From contig CAYLVL010000002.1 of NCBI GenBank assembly GCA_964387135.1, positions 1 to 35,171 on the forward strand: DNA of 35,171 nt, in the 5' to 3' direction. Origin of the DNA: an uncultured Planctomycetota bacterium (GTDB lineage Bacteria; JAJVIF01; JAPKYR01). The notes below the pieces were generated by a model, which did not search any database, was not told the DNA's origin, and saw only the letters and a list, made by a program, of their open reading frames with translations. Both the position numbers and the translations under genes were made by a program. Of this stretch, positions 33,471-35,171 are shown piece by piece; position 1 is the stretch's first letter; the number at the start of each line of letters is the position of its first letter.

Positions 33471-33471
33471 A

Positions 33472-35100
33472 ATGCGCAAGATCATCGTAATGCTGGCATG
33501 CACGTGTGCAATGCTGGCGATAGCCCTCCCTGCTGTTGCTGGTCCGTTCACTGATGTGCCCACCGATCACTGGGCATATGACGCGATCGACAAGCTTCAG
33601 GCGGAAGGATTCGTCGAGGGCTATCCCGATGGGACCTTCCGTGGGAATCGCTCGTTTACTCGCTACGAGATGGCAATGGTCGTGGCACGAATCTGGGATC
33701 GGCTGGTCTCCGAGCTGGAGAACATCCCCACCCCGGATATGTCCGATTATGTCACTCAAGCCGAGTTCCAGGATTCCATGGACATGATCTATGACCTGAT
33801 GGACGAGTTCCAGGAGGAGCTCGATACGCTGGGCATGCGTGTCGACGATCTCGAGAACAGGATGGGCTCCCTTGAGGGGAGAGTCACCGCTCTCGAGGAA
33901 GGCATGAGCCATGTCCAGATCAGCGGAATGCTCCGCACCCGTATCGAGGACATCATCACCAATGACTACGAGATGTACGGCGGATTCCAGAATCCCGCCG
34001 GCGCCGGTCAGTATGCGGGGATTATTGCCGGTACCCCCGGCAGCAATCCCGGTGAGATGTTCGAGTACGAGCATCAGGTCGACCTGGCCTTCGCGGCCAG
34101 CCCGTCGGATTTCCTCGACGTCTTCGTGCTCCTGAAGTACGTCGGCAGCTATCTGGACGGCGATGAGGACAGCATGTACCTCCTGATTGATGAGGCCTGG
34201 GCTGAGGCGGACATGATGAAGCTCATGGGTTGGAACCCGAGCGATCTCTTCAACCACTTCAGTCTGGTTGTCGGTCACCAGTATGCTCTCTTCGGAGAGT
34301 TCGGCCTGGCGTTCGACAACGGGTTTGACAGCCGACCAGGCATCCACATCATCCTCGGCGGCGACAGGATCGAGCTTCGATCCTTCATCGCACGAAGTCA
34401 TCGCTTCGGCGAGCAGGAAGGTCTTGCTGTTGCCCGAGCCAGCTATGGCTTCGGCGAGAGCCGCTCGACCGTCAACCCCGGCGATTGCTTCGCGCGGATC
34501 GGTGTCAACTACCTTGGCACCGGCGTGGGCAATGAGCAGGGCATCGGTGTCGATCTCGATACCGAGCTTTTGAGCGAGGTCTACCTCAATCGGGCGCGTG
34601 TCGAGTACTTCCAGCTTCAGAAGGATCAGTTGGGCTTCGACGTCTCCGCTTCGTACGGGGACGACTACGAGAGCAGTCTCATCGCGTGGATCGATCTGTA
34701 CAATGACGGCAACACCCGCGTTTCCGCGGCGTACGCCGACATCGGTCTCGTTCCCGGTTTCTCCTCGATCGATAATAATCCATTCGAGGAGTACGATGCT
34801 CTGTTCACCGGCATCGGTGGCAACATCAACTACGGTTACGAGTCCGGGCTCAACCCGTTCCCCAGCAACTTCGTTGGTGGCGGTATGCAGTTCGAGCACA
34901 CGTGGTGGGATGTGGTTAACACCATGCTCACTTTCTACGATGGGACCAACCAGGATGAGGAGGATCTCCCTGTTGTGATCCGACTCAATATCCGTTACCC
35001 GCTCACGGACGCGAGCGACATTGCCCTCGAGTACATCCACAGCGGTATTGATGCACTCACGCTCGCCAAGTTGAGGGGTGAGTTCCTGGTCAGGTTCTGA
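33472..35100 (+). CDS. OmpM/Slp-type outer-membrane protein: signal peptide, SLH domain, coiled coil, porin-like beta-barrel
   Basis: Signal peptide (AIALPAVA-GP). SLH motif FTDVPTDHWAYDAIDKLQAEGFVEGYPDGTFRGNRSFTRYEMA. Heptad-like acidic helix (EFQEELDTLGMRVDDLENRMGSLEGRVTALEE). Long alternating-pattern region ending in a C-terminal Phe (GEFLVRF). Strong RBS. Start set at the ATG at 33472, not 33391. Confidence 0.85.
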   Translation: MRKIIVMLACTCAMLAIALPAVAGPFTDVPTDHWAYDAIDKLQAEGFVEGYPDGTFRGNRSFTRYEMAMVVARIWDRLVSELENIPTPDMSDYVTQAEFQDSMDMIYDLMDEFQEELDTLGMRVDDLENRMGSLEGRVTALEEGMSHVQISGMLRTRIEDIITNDYEMYGGFQNPAGAGQYAGIIAGTPGSNPGEMFEYEHQVDLAFAASPSDFLDVFVLLKYVGSYLDGDEDSMYLLIDEAWAEADMMKLMGWNPSDLFNHFSLVVGHQYALFGEFGLAFDNGFDSRPGIHIILGGDRIELRSFIARSHRFGEQEGLAVARASYGFGESRSTVNPGDCFARIGVNYLGTGVGNEQGIGVDLDTELLSEVYLNRARVEYFQLQKDQLGFDVSASYGDDYESSLIAWIDLYNDGNTRVSAAYADIGLVPGFSSIDNNPFEEYDALFTGIGGNINYGYESGLNPFPSNFVGGGMQFEHTWWDVVNTMLTFYDGTNQDEEDLPVVIRLNIRYPLTDASDIALEYIHSGIDALTLAKLRGEFLVRF

Positions 35101-35135
35101 CCAACCATCTGGCCATTACTCCTTGGATCGAACGA

Positions 35136-35171
35136 CCGGTCCCCTGGTAACAGGGGACCGGCTTTTTTTTT
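35136..35171 (+). terminator. Rho-independent terminator
   Basis: Perfect 11-bp stem CCGGTCCCCTG / CAGGGGACCGG with a GTAA loop, followed by C and T9 running to the window end. Confidence 0.9.

Noticed and set aside
33298-35040. 580-aa ORF antisense to the OmpM-type gene; the longest such shadow ORF in the window
   Set aside because: It is the codon-complement shadow of a GC-rich gene whose sense strand rarely uses TTA/CTA/TCA. Its translation is low-complexity (V/L/D/E/G-rich) with no motifs, whereas the sense strand has a signal peptide, an SLH domain, an RBS and a terminator.
1-35171. Search for CRISPR arrays, IS elements, integrases, tRNA/rRNA genes, toxin-antitoxin pairs and known defence genes
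   Set aside because: No direct-repeat/spacer arrays, no terminal inverted repeats flanking a transposase-like ORF and no tRNA-like T-arm sequences were seen in the intergenic regions. None of the translated ORFs shows nuclease, RT, recombinase or NTPase defence motifs. The window looks like core chromosome rather than an island.

Overview
GC-rich (judged by eye, not computed) bacterial chromosomal segment, densely coding with about 30 CDS. I found no rRNA, tRNA, CRISPR array, transposase, integrase or phage gene. Most genes are housekeeping or envelope functions: rimO, a CinA/PncC-domain protein, a histidine phosphatase, maf, an acyl-CoA dehydrogenase, a PHP-phosphoesterase/fmt/PASTA-protein/rpe cluster, fetAB-like ABC exporter genes, hemW, an M28 peptidase and an O-methyltransferase. 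Signalling genes are a hybrid histidine kinase, an HD-GYP phosphodiesterase, and a monocistronic PilB/MshE-type ATPase whose N-terminus matches the MshEN c-di-GMP-binding motif. Envelope genes are a YfhO-like polytopic membrane protein, a BNR/Asp-box propeller protein, two tandem paralogous lipoproteins, and an SLH/coiled-coil/beta-barrel (OmpM-type) outer-membrane tether. The OmpM-type gene points to a diderm lineage that anchors its outer membrane through SLH domains; I cannot name the taxon. I cannot identify a complete new multi-gene system from sequence alone. The observations most worth follow-up are: (1) an orphan intrinsic terminator defining a ~95-nt candidate sRNA whose loop is an anti-Shine-Dalgarno sequence; (2) a ~1-kb non-coding region upstream of the OmpM-type gene, with TGTTGATT repeats, two extended -10 promoter-like motifs and a perfect 10-nt anti-SD/SD pairing in the leader; (3) a recurring palindrome/-10-like arrangement at several intergenic sites; (4) a membrane-protein gene downstream of hemW that hops between two reading frames three times while all neighbours are intact; (5) a 499-aa protein with no recognisable family next to the lipoprotein pair; (6) a fused pseudo-dimeric O-methyltransferase. 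All family calls rest on motifs read from the translations. No database search was run.
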